From assembly GCA_002269645.1 (NCBI GenBank), contig NIVC01002561.1, positions 1 to 51,712 of the forward strand: a stretch of DNA of 51,712 nt. Direction: 5' to 3'. Positions within the stretch are counted from its first letter, which is position 1. Every line of letters begins with the position of its first letter. The DNA is from Macrostomum lignano (lineage: Eukaryota). Position numbers and translations under genes: made by a program. Of this stretch, positions 25,173 to 39,762 are shown piece after piece. The notes under the pieces are model-generated. The model worked only from the letters and a program-made list of their open reading frames with translations, was not told where the DNA came from and ran no database searches.

Positions 25173-25297
25173 CGACTGAGGAAATCCTCATCTGAAACGG
25201 CCACTGCATGCAACTCACTCACTACTCCTAACCCTCTTGACAACTCGCTGCCATTTCTTGACAGCTGAAACCGCCATCAGAGTGAAGGAGCGATGAG

Positions 25298-26715
25298 TCA
25301 CTGGTCATTGTTGACTCCGTCAGCGGCACCTTGAACCCCGTCAGTGGCCTCAGCCGCCTGCTCGTCCATCTGGCGCCGCTTTCGTCCACTTATAACCTCG
25401 TAGGAGACGATAATGACCAACATGGTGACCAGCTCGGCACCGATGCCCAGCAGGGGAGGCAGGAAGGCCTCGGGCTCTTGACGCGAAGGAACATGGTAGC
25501 CTGGTTGGCGCCAAAATCGTTGCTGGATTCGCAGGTCACGGTGCCCCTATCCAGTTCGTAGTCCATCTGGGACAGCAGCAGGGTCTCATTGCGGCTGTGG
25601 TTAAAGCTCGGCCGGAACTGCTGGCTCCAGCGAATGTCGCCGAGCGGATGGCCCATCACCTGGCAGGTGATGTTCACCGTTTCGGTGGGCCAAACGGCCA
25701 CGTCGAATCTGGGAGGGAGATTGCGGGAGATTGTCGCCAAAAGTGTCGTTAATTGTGTCGCTTAGTGTATCGCTAATTATGTCGCTTGGAGTGTCGCTAA
25801 TTATGTCGCTTGGGGTGAGGCTAATTATGTCGCTTGGAGTGTGGCTAATTATGTCGTTTGGAGTGTCGCTAGTATGTCGCTTAGTGCATCGCTAATTATG
25901 TCGCTTAGGGTGTCGCTAAATATGTCGCTTGGAGTGTCGCTAAGTATGCTGCTTGGATTGTACTTAAATGTTTTGCTAAATTTTTTGCTAGGTCTTGGAT
26001 TGTCGATAAATTAAATGTGTCATTTAGAGTCTGTCTCTTAGATGTCGCTTCAGTTGTCACAATTGTGTCCTTTTGATGATTGCACTAAAGGTGCTGCTAC
26101 GTGGAACCGTCGCTAAATATAGTACGCGATGGTTTCACTCCGTTTCAATTTGAAAGCTGCACGTACACTTCAGCGTCTGGCGCAGATGAAGGATGAGCAA
26201 GCACGATCCAGGCTTACCTGTCATTGCCGTTCACCAGCATGCGTATTATGGGTCTTGACTGGAAAGCGCGCTAGCCACAATTGTCTCCATGACGGCGCCA
26301 CCGCGCGCTCACCGGGGTCACGGAGACACTCGTAGACGCTGACGTCCTCGTTAATTGGACTGCGCAAGGTCAACGTGGAGATGCAGCTGACGCCCTCCTT
26401 GCACTCCGTGTGGATGCTGGCCCGGCTCTCCTTGACGCTGATGCTGCGGTTCCGGCCGGGCCTCCTCCAGTCGAAGCTCGCCTCCGCCAGGCTGACCGCC
26501 GCCTGACCCGGCTTCGGTGGCGACGTCTCCGCCCGGCACGTGATTACCAGCGGAGCGCGCTTGTCCAGCTTGTAGGCCTCGCCAAAGCCGCCGTCCGCCT
26601 GCTTCTGCAGATGGACCACCACGTTGTCCACGGTGACGTTGACCCGGCTGGCCGAAGCCGCTGCCGCCGTCAGCAGCAGCAGCGACGCGACTGCCTGCGC
26701 CAGAAGTTGCCGCAT
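25298..26715 (-). CDS. Basigin/neuroplastin (CD147-family)-like two-Ig single-pass membrane protein with apparent frameshift(s)
   Basis: Exon 26715-26313 has a signal peptide and Ig1 (ITC...FDW...STLTL...DVSVYEC); mini-exon 26258-26218 (SRPIIRMLVNGNDR); exon 25708-25298 has Ig2 (ITCQVMGHPLGDIRW...VTCESSNDFG). After a 1-nt shift near 25468 comes AFLPPLLGIGAELVTMLVIIVSYEVISGRKRR, matching the basigin-family TM signature (intramembrane Glu in GI.AE, then YE and a basic patch). A second frame problem lies near 26320. Confidence 0.75.
25745..25960. repeat. Degenerate ~24-bp repeat TGTCGCTAATTATGTCGCTTGGAG
   Basis: Recurring TGTCGCT motif in the basigin-like intron 25709-26217. Confidence 0.85.
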
Positions 26716-27914
26716 AGCCCACTGTTAATTGCTAGCGTTGCCCCACACTGCCAGTGAATAGGCCCGATCGATCGATCGAGATGGGAATGTTTTAGTCAAG
26801 GAGAGACTGACTGACTGCCGCCTTTTATCCGGCTGCTGGGACAGGCAGCAGTGTGACTTTGTCTGTACAGCTGGAATAGAGAGAGGCGCAGGCTGAGACA
26901 GAGAGGGAAGCGGCGGAGCTGGCGGGGCGGGCGGCGACTCAGCGAACCGGGCGGTGGGGGGGGGAGAGATGGGGTTTGAGGAGCTCAGCTGAGCCAAGGG
27001 AGGAATAGAAATGGAGTCTGGAGTGGCAACTTCTTCTCCCACAATTCCGCAATTTCAGACAGCTGTATGCCGCAAATTGTTTTTTTTAGTATATAGGACT
27101 AGTAATCTTGCCCCCGTTAAGGGAAGGCAACGAAGAAAGTAATGAAATATCACAAAACCTTTGCATGTAAAAGGCATTGTACAGTCACTGCTGTTAGTTT
27201 CATAAAGATGAAATTAGATGTAGATGTTAGATGGTTCTAGCCAAAGATATCAACATCCTCTTTTTCATTATTGGCATCTGAGCAATTCCTCCAGTGAGCC
27301 TCGTCATCGTAGCAATCCCCCCTCCAGTGAACTCTGGAATTTCAGTCAGATTTGCACTGTAGATTGTAGAACACGTGCTGCAGAACCTGTAGAACTGCAC
27401 TCAGCCTTCAGCTGTCTGAATGGGATGAGGAGCAGCTGCTGCTACTCCAGATTCCGGCTCTGGGACTCCATGCCAGAGCTCATACGCTCTTACGAGCGTA
27501 TATGCCATTGGCAGGACTTTGGAGTCTGCGTGTGCGAAGCGAGTGACCGAGACGCAGAGCGCGCGGGAGGGAGAGAGAAAGGAAGAGTAGAGGGGGGGGA
27601 ATTATTTGTATTTCCTCCTCGTCCTCTGGAACTAGTCTGAGCTGCTGCATGGAGAGAATCTGACTTCCCGTCCCTGTGCTCAGTAGCACCCCCCTTTCAT
27701 CCGGAGTGAAGGCTTTTATTCTCCACTTCCCAGACCGGATATCAATTCTGAACTGGCAGCAGAATTGTTTTCGCGGAAATTCCGTTTATAGCATTGCTTT
27801 CCAGATTGCATTATCCTGCCGATTGATATTGGCTGGATTGGGAGTTAATGCGATCTCCGTGACTGCGAATTCAATTGGGCCAGCTGTGCTCGGAGCTGAA
27901 GTCTGCGACCGAAC

Positions 27915-29070
27915 TGGCTGGGTTCTGTACACGATGTCTGTACTGGCTGGGTTTTGTACACGATGTCTGTACTGGGTGGGTGCTGTACACAATGTCTGTA
28001 CTGGGTGGGTTCTGTACACAATGTCTGTACTTGCTAGCTGGGTTCTGTACACGATGTCTGTACTGGCTGGGTTTTGTACACGATGTCTGTACTGGGTGGG
28101 TGCTGTACACAAGGTCTGTACTGGGTGGGTTCTGTACACAATGTCTGTACTTGCTAGCTGGGTTCTGTACACGATGTCTGTACTGGCTAGGTTTTGTACA
28201 CGATGTCTGTACTGGCTTGGTTTTGTACACGATATCTGTACTGGCTAGGTTTTGTACACGATATCTGTACTGGCTAGGTTTTGTACACGATATCTGTACT
28301 GGCTATGTTTTGTACACGATATCTGTACTGGCTATGTTTTGTACACGATATCTGTACTGGCTAGGTTTTTACACGATGTCTGTACTGGCTAGGTTTTGTA
28401 CACGATATCTGTACTGGCTATGTTTTGTACACGATATCTGTACTGGCTGGGTTTTTACACGATGTCTGTACTGGGTGGATTCTGTACACGATGTCTGTAC
28501 TGGGTGGGTTCTGTACACGATGTCTTTACTGGCTAGGTTCTGTACACGATATCTGTACTGGCTATGTTTTGTACACGATATCTGTACTGGCTAGGTTTGT
28601 ACACGATATCTGTACTGGCTAGGTTTTTACACGATGTCTGTACTGGCTAGGTTTTGTACACGATATCTGTACTGGCTATGTTTTGTACACGATATCTGTA
28701 CTGGCTAGGTTTTTGCACGATGTCTGTACTGGGTGGATTCTGTACACGATATCTGTACTGGCTATGTTTTGTACACGATATCTGTACTGGCTATGTTTTG
28801 TACACGATATCTGTACTGGCTAGGTTTGTACACGATATCTGTACTGGCTATGTTTTGTACACGATATCTGTACTGGCTAGGTTTTTACACGATGTCTGTA
28901 CTGGGTGGATTCTGTACACGATGTCTGTACTGGGTGGGTTCTGTACACGATGTCTTTACTGGCTAGGTTCTGTACACGATGTCTGTACTGGCTGGGTTCT
29001 GTACACGATGTTTGTACAGGCTGGGTTCTGTACACGATTGCTACTGTACTAGAGCTAGATCCTGTACACG
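27915..29070. repeat. ~28-30 bp minisatellite TGTACACGAT(A/G)TCTGTACTGGCTAGGTTT
   Basis: About 40 units with variant subtypes; source of the spurious FCTRCLYWLG ORFs. Confidence 0.95.
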
Positions 29071-29382
29071 ATTGCTACACCGCCCCACCCAACTCAAGGT
29101 CAAATACTGGTTGGTTACCAACTACTGATTCCGGTAATTGATGATGGCCTGTGAAGAGATAATTTTGTGGCGAAACCGCGTCTACACATCCGGATATCGG
29201 CTTAGCATTAACCAGCTGTATAGGCGGTGGAGCTGATGCCGCAATTATCTAGACAGGCTGAGAGGCTCAGGCTTAGTTGAAATTCATTGTGAGTGCTTCT
29301 CTACTTGTAGTGTGCGCAGTGAATCGCCAAGTGTCGATGGATGCGCATATTGCACTACTTATAGTAGAATGACCAGAATCCA

Positions 29383-32706
<3,324 letters not shown>

Positions 32707-33146
32707 CAGCTGAAGAGGCCGACAGTGATGAATTGCCAGCTGCGGCAGGCGCTTTGAGCTGAGCCGAGAGTATTTTATTGGGTGCTCAGATACGCGCTGT
32801 GCACACTCAGCCATATGAAATCCAGAGGCCTCATCGAATGCTTGCACAGGCGGCGGCACCGAGGCCAGCATTTGCCTGCTTAATTTATGACCCGCCGGCA
32901 AGAAGGGCGAGAAATTTGAGCACCGCCTGCCTGACTGAGCAGGCCGCCAATCTGCAGGCCGGGCTGATCTCCAGCTGTCCTGGGATTAGCAGTCCCCCCG
33001 AGTGCAGGATCAGCTGGACGGGAGGATTAACTGGATTTGAGAGGCTCTCATTGTGAATAAGTAGGCGTATTTGTTCTTTTAGAAGATATTTATTTTCTTT
33101 TGTCTGCTCTTCGCTCATAAGCAGCTGAGCACTTTGCAGTGCGCTT

Positions 33147-33573
33147 GGATTAGCAATCCATTCTATTCCTGCATCCTTGTGGGCTAGATTAGCAATCCAT
33201 TCTACTCCTGCATCCTTGTGGGCTAGATTAGCAATCCATTCTACTCCTGCATCCTTGTGGGCTAGATTAGCAATCCATTCTACTCCTGCATCCTTGTGGG
33301 CTAGATTAGCAATCCATTCTACTCCTGCATCCTTGTGGGCTAGCAATCCATTCTGTTCCTGCATCCTTGTGGGCTAGATTAGCAATCCATTCTATTCCTG
33401 CATCCTTGTGGGCTAGATTAGCAATCCATTCTACTCCTGCATCCTTGTGGGCTAGATTAGCAATCCATTCTACTCCTGCTTCCTTGTGGGCTAGATTAGC
33501 AATCCATTCTACTCCTGCTTCCTTGTGGGCTAGATTAGCAATCCATTCTACTCCTGCATCCTTGTGGGCTAGA
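33147..33573. repeat. 39-bp minisatellite, copy 2 (same unit and orientation as 14245-14495)
   Basis: About 11 units, one of them truncated. Confidence 0.95.
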
Positions 33574-34515
33574 TGGGTCATAAACCGGCAGTCAATACTA
33601 GCCAAATCTGCATGAGCAGTTGCTCCGTATCCGAAAGCATAAAATTTCCCATTTCTATCACCGAGATACTACCACCTCTATATTACAGGCTAGTTGGGCA
33701 CTGAGAGTCGTAAAAGCCCCCACAGTTTTATTAACAATAGCACTAGCCCTCCCTGAGGCACGTAACGCATGCCTGTCACACAGGAATGAAAAGTCGGTCG
33801 CGTATTTTGGTTATTTCGGCTTTTTTTCCAGCGCTGAAGATCTCCCAGCGCTTTCTCTCCCCTCTCCATCCAATTTTTTAGCTTCTCCGAAGAAAATCTT
33901 CTCCGGCAGCAATCTTCAGTGCTCCAGGTAGTGACGGAGTGGAAAGGGAAAGAGGAAGAAGAAAGAAATGGGAATTTTGTCGGCCGCTCCTCCACCGTAC
34001 GCGCCAATCTCCCAGATCTCCTAGCCGCCCGCCTGTCCTCAATCGACCTCGCCCCTCGCCCCCACTTCTTACCCCTGCGCCGCCCTTCCCAACCGGCCCT
34101 CAAAAAAGCCACTGACACCGCAGAGAAGAATTATTGTAGAGTGCGCGGGTGAACGGCTTGGAGCTAGAGGGTACAAAGCACCGCGCAGCCCCCTACGCTC
34201 CAGCAGAGACTGGGAGTGCGAGACAGACGTCCCTAGGCTTGGCTAGTAGCGGCAAAAGAGGGCAGACCTCTCTCAAGATTTGGGGGAGGGGGGGGCAGCC
34301 AACCAATGGAACAGTGCACTGGCTTCTCTGAGCCAGTAACAGCAAGGCTCATGCTTTTTTGGTAGCGTCGGTGGAGCAATGCAAGCAGACCCGCTTCCCC
34401 TCATCTCCATAAATCGATGTCACAGCCTCATGCTCAAAGCCTTGGCAACTCAGCTGCGTGGGCACAGACTAAAGTAACACTTTAAGCTAGAACCCTGCAC
34501 CAGCGGTCAGTTGCC

Positions 34516-37170
34516 ATGCACAATTGCAACGGTAGCGCAGACCTGCTGGCTCGTTGCCAGGCCACTTGGCTGGCTCAACCAGCCGAAGCTGCTGCCGTGG
34601 TCAACGGGGTCTGGAAACGAATCGACTCGACGATCTTGTCGTCGTCGTCGTCGGATTTGTCGGCGCCAGCGCCGGCGCCTGCATCGCCGACTCCGCGCAG
34701 GCGGCGCGCCTGGCCGACCGTCAGCGTGTTCGTCTCCTCGGCGCTGGCCGACTTCGCTGACGAGCGCGACCGCCTCTCTCGGCACGTCTTCCCCGACCTG
34801 CGCGACTGGTGCGAGGCGCGGCGCCTGGCGCTGGACGAGTGCGACCCGCGCTGCGGCCTGGCGCCGGGCGACTCGGACCGGGCGCACCTGGACCTGCTCG
34901 GCCAGGCGGGCGGCTGTTGCGTCTTCCTCGGCCTGGTCGGCCACCGCCTGGGCCCCGAAGTCAGCGAGACGGAGCTGGCGGCCACCGGCTTGCCCGCCGG
35001 CTGCTCAACGGATCTGGCCGAGGCGCTGAGCTGTGGCGCTCTGGATCCGTCGTCGAGGCGCTGCGCTGCCGCGCTTTTCCTGCTGCTGATGGACGACGAC
35101 AGCAATGACGACGGCGGAGCAGCGACGGCCCAGGCTGCTCGGTATCGACTGGAGATCGCCAGTCGCCTGCCTGCCAGTCGAGTGCTGCAGTACTCGCGCT
35201 CGGCTGCCGACAGCCTCGACAGCTTCGAAGCCTGCGTCCTGGAGCAGCTCAAGCGAGTCGTCTCCGAGCAGTTTCCATCGGCGACGGCGCCCTTCGACGT
35301 CACGCTGACCACCGAGATCAGCGACTCGAACGAGGCGCACATCGGCTACCTGCAGTCGCTACTGGAGACCGACAGCCACACTCCCGCCACCATAGCAGGC
35401 CAGGAGCGCTGCCTCAGCCTGCTCACCAACTTCGTGGAGACTGGCGAGTTGTCCATGGCTGACTTTCACCTTTTTGGCGACTCGGCCGACCACATCGCCT
35501 TCGGCCTGCCCGGCGTCAAGTCCGTGGTGGTGTCCGGCGACCCCGGCGCCGGCAAGTCAACCATGTTGGCCAGGCTCGGCGCCGCCTTCCTCGACCGGCG
35601 CGGATTCGACGTGCTGGCGCATTTTGCCCAACTGTCGCCGGCCTCGAACGATCGGCGAACTTTGCAGCGCAAGATGAAGGCCTTCCTGCGCGGCCAGCTG
35701 ACCGAGGCGGAGGCTGCCCGTCTTGGCGACGAGCAGGCGACCCGCAGCGTCTCGGAGCTGTTCAACTCCATCATGAGCGCCAAGCGGACCATGCTCATCC
35801 TCATCGACGCGTTCGAGTGCTTCTACGAAGTGTCCCACGTCGGCGAGCTCCTGCCAGTCGCCTGGCCGCAGAACATCCGCTGTGTGGTCTCCTGCCGTCG
35901 GCGCGATCTTGACCGCTGCTTCAGCGAGCGCAGCGTCTGCCTTTACGAGCTGCAGCCGCTGGAACCCGCCGCTCAGGCGCTGGTCTGCCGAGGCCGGCTC
36001 GGCGAGGACTGGAGCAGCGAACTGGCCGACGCCCTGCTCGGCGTCAGGGCAGGCAGCGGCGCGGCGGCACCGGCAGCGGCCGCCAACCCGCTCTGGCTGG
36101 TCGAAGCCTGCGGCGAGGTGCGCCGCTCCGGCCCGGCCGCTGCTGCCGGCCTTCCCGGCGGGGCGCGCGACCTGCTTCTCTCTGTGGCCACCCGCCTACT
36201 GGCCGAGGAGGACGCGGACGGGTCCCTGGCCGCTTTGCTCGCTCTCGCCTGCGTGGCCCGAGTCGGACTCTGGGAGCGGCACGTCCGCTTGTTGCTGCGC
36301 TTCGTCGTCGAATATCGAGCCGCTTCGCCGACCGAAGCGTCGGAGGTGTCGCCTCCTACGCTGTCGCTCCAGCCGCTGCCGCTGACCGACTACCGGCGGC
36401 TGCTCCGCCTGGCGCGGCCGTTCCTGCGTCATATTCGGCGCGAATCCTCGGCGCTCGCCTATCGGCACGAGCTGGCGCGCTCGGCCGCCGCCCAGGCGCT
36501 GCAGCTGGTGGACAGTCCGGAGCGGGCCAAGCGCTGGCACAGCCTGGCCGTCGACTTCATCCTGCTGGCCGAGCGGCTCGGCTTCGGCTGCGCCTACCTG
36601 GCCAGGGACCTGCCGTTCCACCTGTACTGGAGCGACCGGCGGTCCGAGCTGCACGCCCTGCTGCAGGCCGGCGGCGGCTCCCCCGTCAGTGGCTCGCCGC
36701 AGCATCGGTCGCGGGTGCCGCACCAGACAGCCAGCGGCGTTTACAGCTCCTGGCGCTGCCGGGTGCCCAAAGTTGCGGCGGACAAGTCGCAGCCGGTGGC
36801 GTCGGCTTCCGGCTCCGCGCCGCGCGGCCTGGTCGCCTGCCTCGAATGCGCCGAACAGCCTGGCGCCAATGCTGAGCGCCAGCCGCGGGTCAGGTGCTGC
36901 ATTTACTGCGGCCAGGCGCTGGCGATGAGCAGGGCCGGTGGCGCCGTGCCTGCGCTCACCTGTGGCCAGCACCTGGCGCCGCCGGACGAGCAGCCCAGGT
37001 GCTGGTTCTGCAGCTCGGCAGCGGGAGCCCAGCCGGCCCAGCTGCTGGTGTGCAACTTCTGCAACAGCGCGGCCAGTTCCTACCTGTGCTACCTGCCAGT
37101 GCTGGAGACTGATCCGCAGTTTAGCCAGGTGGTGAGGAACCAGACCAAGAAGTTTGGCCTGCAGTGGTGA
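34516..37170 (+). CDS. Intronless 884-aa STAND-class ATPase: DUF4062 + NACHT-like P-loop (TEP1/NWD-type) + C-terminal Cys-rich Zn-binding region
   Basis: Long GC3-rich ORF. VSVFVSSALADFADERDRLSRHVFPDLRDWC...LDECDPRCG...FLGLVGHRLG...VSETEL (~34720-34977) fits DUF4062. Walker A GDPGAGKST at 35536, Walker B LILIDAFE at ~35794, YLARDLPFHL typical of the TEP1/NWD helical region. C-terminal CxxC clusters at 36757-37089. Confidence 0.88.
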   Translation: MHNCNGSADLLARCQATWLAQPAEAAAVVNGVWKRIDSTILSSSSSDLSAPAPAPASPTPRRRRAWPTVSVFVSSALADFADERDRLSRHVFPDLRDWCEARRLALDECDPRCGLAPGDSDRAHLDLLGQAGGCCVFLGLVGHRLGPEVSETELAATGLPAGCSTDLAEALSCGALDPSSRRCAAALFLLLMDDDSNDDGGAATAQAARYRLEIASRLPASRVLQYSRSAADSLDSFEACVLEQLKRVVSEQFPSATAPFDVTLTTEISDSNEAHIGYLQSLLETDSHTPATIAGQERCLSLLTNFVETGELSMADFHLFGDSADHIAFGLPGVKSVVVSGDPGAGKSTMLARLGAAFLDRRGFDVLAHFAQLSPASNDRRTLQRKMKAFLRGQLTEAEAARLGDEQATRSVSELFNSIMSAKRTMLILIDAFECFYEVSHVGELLPVAWPQNIRCVVSCRRRDLDRCFSERSVCLYELQPLEPAAQALVCRGRLGEDWSSELADALLGVRAGSGAAAPAAAANPLWLVEACGEVRRSGPAAAAGLPGGARDLLLSVATRLLAEEDADGSLAALLALACVARVGLWERHVRLLLRFVVEYRAASPTEASEVSPPTLSLQPLPLTDYRRLLRLARPFLRHIRRESSALAYRHELARSAAAQALQLVDSPERAKRWHSLAVDFILLAERLGFGCAYLARDLPFHLYWSDRRSELHALLQAGGGSPVSGSPQHRSRVPHQTASGVYSSWRCRVPKVAADKSQPVASASGSAPRGLVACLECAEQPGANAERQPRVRCCIYCGQALAMSRAGGAVPALTCGQHLAPPDEQPRCWFCSSAAGAQPAQLLVCNFCNSAASSYLCYLPVLETDPQFSQVVRNQTKKFGLQW

Positions 37171-37524
37171 CGTTCGCAATCTGTCAATCTTATTATTTTC
37201 CTGTTCACATCGCTAATTGCAAGCTGTCTGGCTTCTAACACACACAACAAAGTGTTTTCGTGCTTGCCAGTTATTGCCTGAAAGTTGCTTTCTTGCTTGT
37301 GTTTTCCTCGCGTTTTCTCTCTCCCACTTCCGGATCCCTTGTGAGCTCAGGCCTGAGGGAAAAATTGGCACCACTTAGCGCAAATAGCAAATTTAGTCGA
37401 TGCGATAGAACTGATTCTGCTTGCAAGTAATAAATACTACTCAGCTCGTGCATGGTTATGGCTATTTAGTTAAATCAATGGTTGTTGATTTATTTTTTTA
37501 ATAACAAAATTAATGAAAAAGTAA

Positions 37525-38130
37525 AGTTTACATTAGCCACACCCGAGCAATTCAATAGTTTTGTTCCTTATCTGAGTGTACATTAGCCACGCCCTAGCAA
37601 TCCAATAGTTTTCGTCCCTTATCTGAGTGTACATTAGCCACGCCCTAGCAATCCAATAGTTTTCGTCCCCATATTAGTGTACATTAGCCACGCCCGAGCA
37701 ATTCAATAGTTTTCATCCCCATCTGAGTGTACATTAGCCACACCCGAGCAATTCAATAGTTTTCGTCCCTTATCTGAGTGTAAATTAGCCACACCCGAGC
37801 AATTCAATAGTTTTCGTCCCTTATCTGAGTGTACATTAGCCACACCGAGCAATTCAATAGTTTTCGTCCCTTATCTGAGTGTACATTAGCCACACCCGAG
37901 CAATTCAATAGTTTTCGTCCCTTATCTGAGTGTACATTAGCCACACCCGAGCAATTCAATAGTTTTCGTCCCTTATCTGAGTGTACATTAGCCACACCCG
38001 AGCAATTCAATAGTTTTCGTCCCTTATCTGAGTGTACATTAGCCACACCCGAGCAATTCAATGACTTTCGTCACTATCTGACTGTACATTAGCCACGCCC
38101 AACTAATCCAATAGTTTTAGTATCCATCTG
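37525..38130. repeat. 51-bp minisatellite GTGTACATTAGCCACACCCGAGCAATTCAATAGTTTTCGTCCCTTATCTGA
   Basis: About 12 units. Confidence 0.95.
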
Positions 38131-38924
38131 AGTGCACATAAGCCAGAGTGTACAAAAATAAAAGGCAGCTTTCAATCATAATAAGAAGCTGCTATTTAAT
38201 GCTTTTTATAAACCGCATCTCCGTTCGTAGAAAATGGACACAGCAATGGCGTCATTCTACTGCCCTCAACTGGCTCGCAATGTCTCAAATTAGCTAAGAG
38301 GTATTCATTCCATAAGGCAACGCAAAAAACCGGCCCAGAAAAAGACAGAGGGTACACAAAGTCTTTCTTCTTGTTCTCGGGTTTCGGTCTTTTTGCCAAC
38401 ACTACAGCTGGCCTCCTTCCTGCCACAAGGCCAGAACAGGAACAGGCCTGATGGCGCCTCGTACTGACGTTTCCTTTCTTGTTAGACAGAATTTTTCTGT
38501 TGAAAAACTCCTACTTTTGCGCTGCCACTCCCCCTTCTTGCTGGATTTTTTCTCCGCGCGCTTTTTCAGCTGTCTGTCCCGCATCAGCGCTTCATTAGTT
38601 TGACCGCCTCCTCCCTCGCCTCTCCTCTCCAACGAGGGTGTGTTGTGCAACTCGACTTCCAAGCAGCATTGCGGCTGGAGTGGGAAAATTTTGGCGCTCG
38701 ATGACGAACGAAGATCAACGGCTGGGGCTGCACTTTATGATTTGCCTTGCCCTGCACTGCACGGATAACCATGTCTAATGAGGAAGGAAAAACGCCCATC
38801 TCTCCAGCTGCAAAGTACAAATCAAGTTTGCGAAAGCAGCAGTGAATCTTGTGTAGAAAGGGTTGGAGGCTTGCCCTAGATTTGCAAAGCTTAGAAAAGC
38901 CGCTAAACAAACTTTTCTATGATG

Positions 38925-39762
38925 TGTCTATCTGTGATGTGTCTTTCTGTGCTGTGTCTATCTGTGATGTGTCTTTCTGTGATGTGTCTTTCTGTGATGT
39001 GTCTTTCTGTGATGTGTCTTTCTGTGGTGTGTCGTTCTGTAATGTGTCTTTCCCTGATGTGTCTTTCTGTGATGTGTCTATCTGTGATGTGTCTTTCTGT
39101 GATGTGTCTTTCTGTGGTGTGTCGTTCTGTAATGTGTCTTTCCCTGATGTGTCTTTCTGTGATGTATCTTTCTGTGATGTATCTATCTGTGATGTGTCTA
39201 TCTGTGATGTGTCTATCTGTGATGTATCTTTCTGTGATGTATCTTTCTGTGATGTATCTTTCTGTGCTGTGTTTTTCTGTGGTGTGTCGTTCTGTAATGT
39301 GTCTTTCCCTGATGTGTCTTTCAGTGATGTATCTTTCTGTGATGTGTCTATCTGTGATGTGTCTTTCTGTGATGTGTCTTTCTGTGATGTGTCTTTCTGT
39401 GATGTGTCTTTCTGTGGTGTGTCGTTCTGTAATGTGTCTTTCCCTGATGTGTCTTTCTGTGATGTGTCTATCTGTGATGTGTCTTTCTGTGATGTGTCTT
39501 TCTGTGGTGTGTCGTTCTGTAATGTGTCTTTCCCTGATGTGTCTTTCTGTGATGTATCTTTCTGTGATGTATCTATCTGTGATGTGTCTATCTGTGATGT
39601 GTCTATCTGTGATGTATCTTTCTGTGATGTATCTTTCTGTGATGTATCTTTCTGTGCTGTGTTTTTCTGTGATGTGTCTATCTGTGATGTGTCTTTCTGT
39701 ACTGTGTCTTTCTATGATGTGTCTTTCTGTGAAGCGTCTTTCTGTAAAGTGTCTTTCTGTGC
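38925..39762. repeat. 15-bp minisatellite GATGTGTCTTTCTGT with a 390-bp higher-order duplication
   Basis: About 56 units. Variant units recur exactly 390 bp apart (39026/39416, 39116/39506, 39266/39656). Confidence 0.95.

Noticed and set aside
27224-27689. ORFs and a small hairpin (ATACGCTC-TTAC-GAGCGTAT, ~27482-27501) upstream of the basigin-like gene
   Set aside because: Probably 5' UTR or promoter; an 8-bp stem is expected by chance.
32710-33130. Moderately GC-rich stretch with short ORFs
   Set aside because: No recognisable motif and no convincing splice-linked frame.
33690-34150. Lys/Arg/Glu-rich short minus-strand ORFs
   Set aside because: Purine-rich low complexity, probably the promoter region of the downstream ATPase gene; no domain recognised.
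34507-37179. Many overlapping and antisense ORFs over the STAND gene (and over 16673-17221, 20588-21253)
   Set aside because: They are shadows of GC-rich coding sequence.
38196-38910. Cluster of short minus-strand ORFs with coding-like composition
   Set aside because: Could be a decayed TE, but I recognise no motif; a BLASTX search would be needed.
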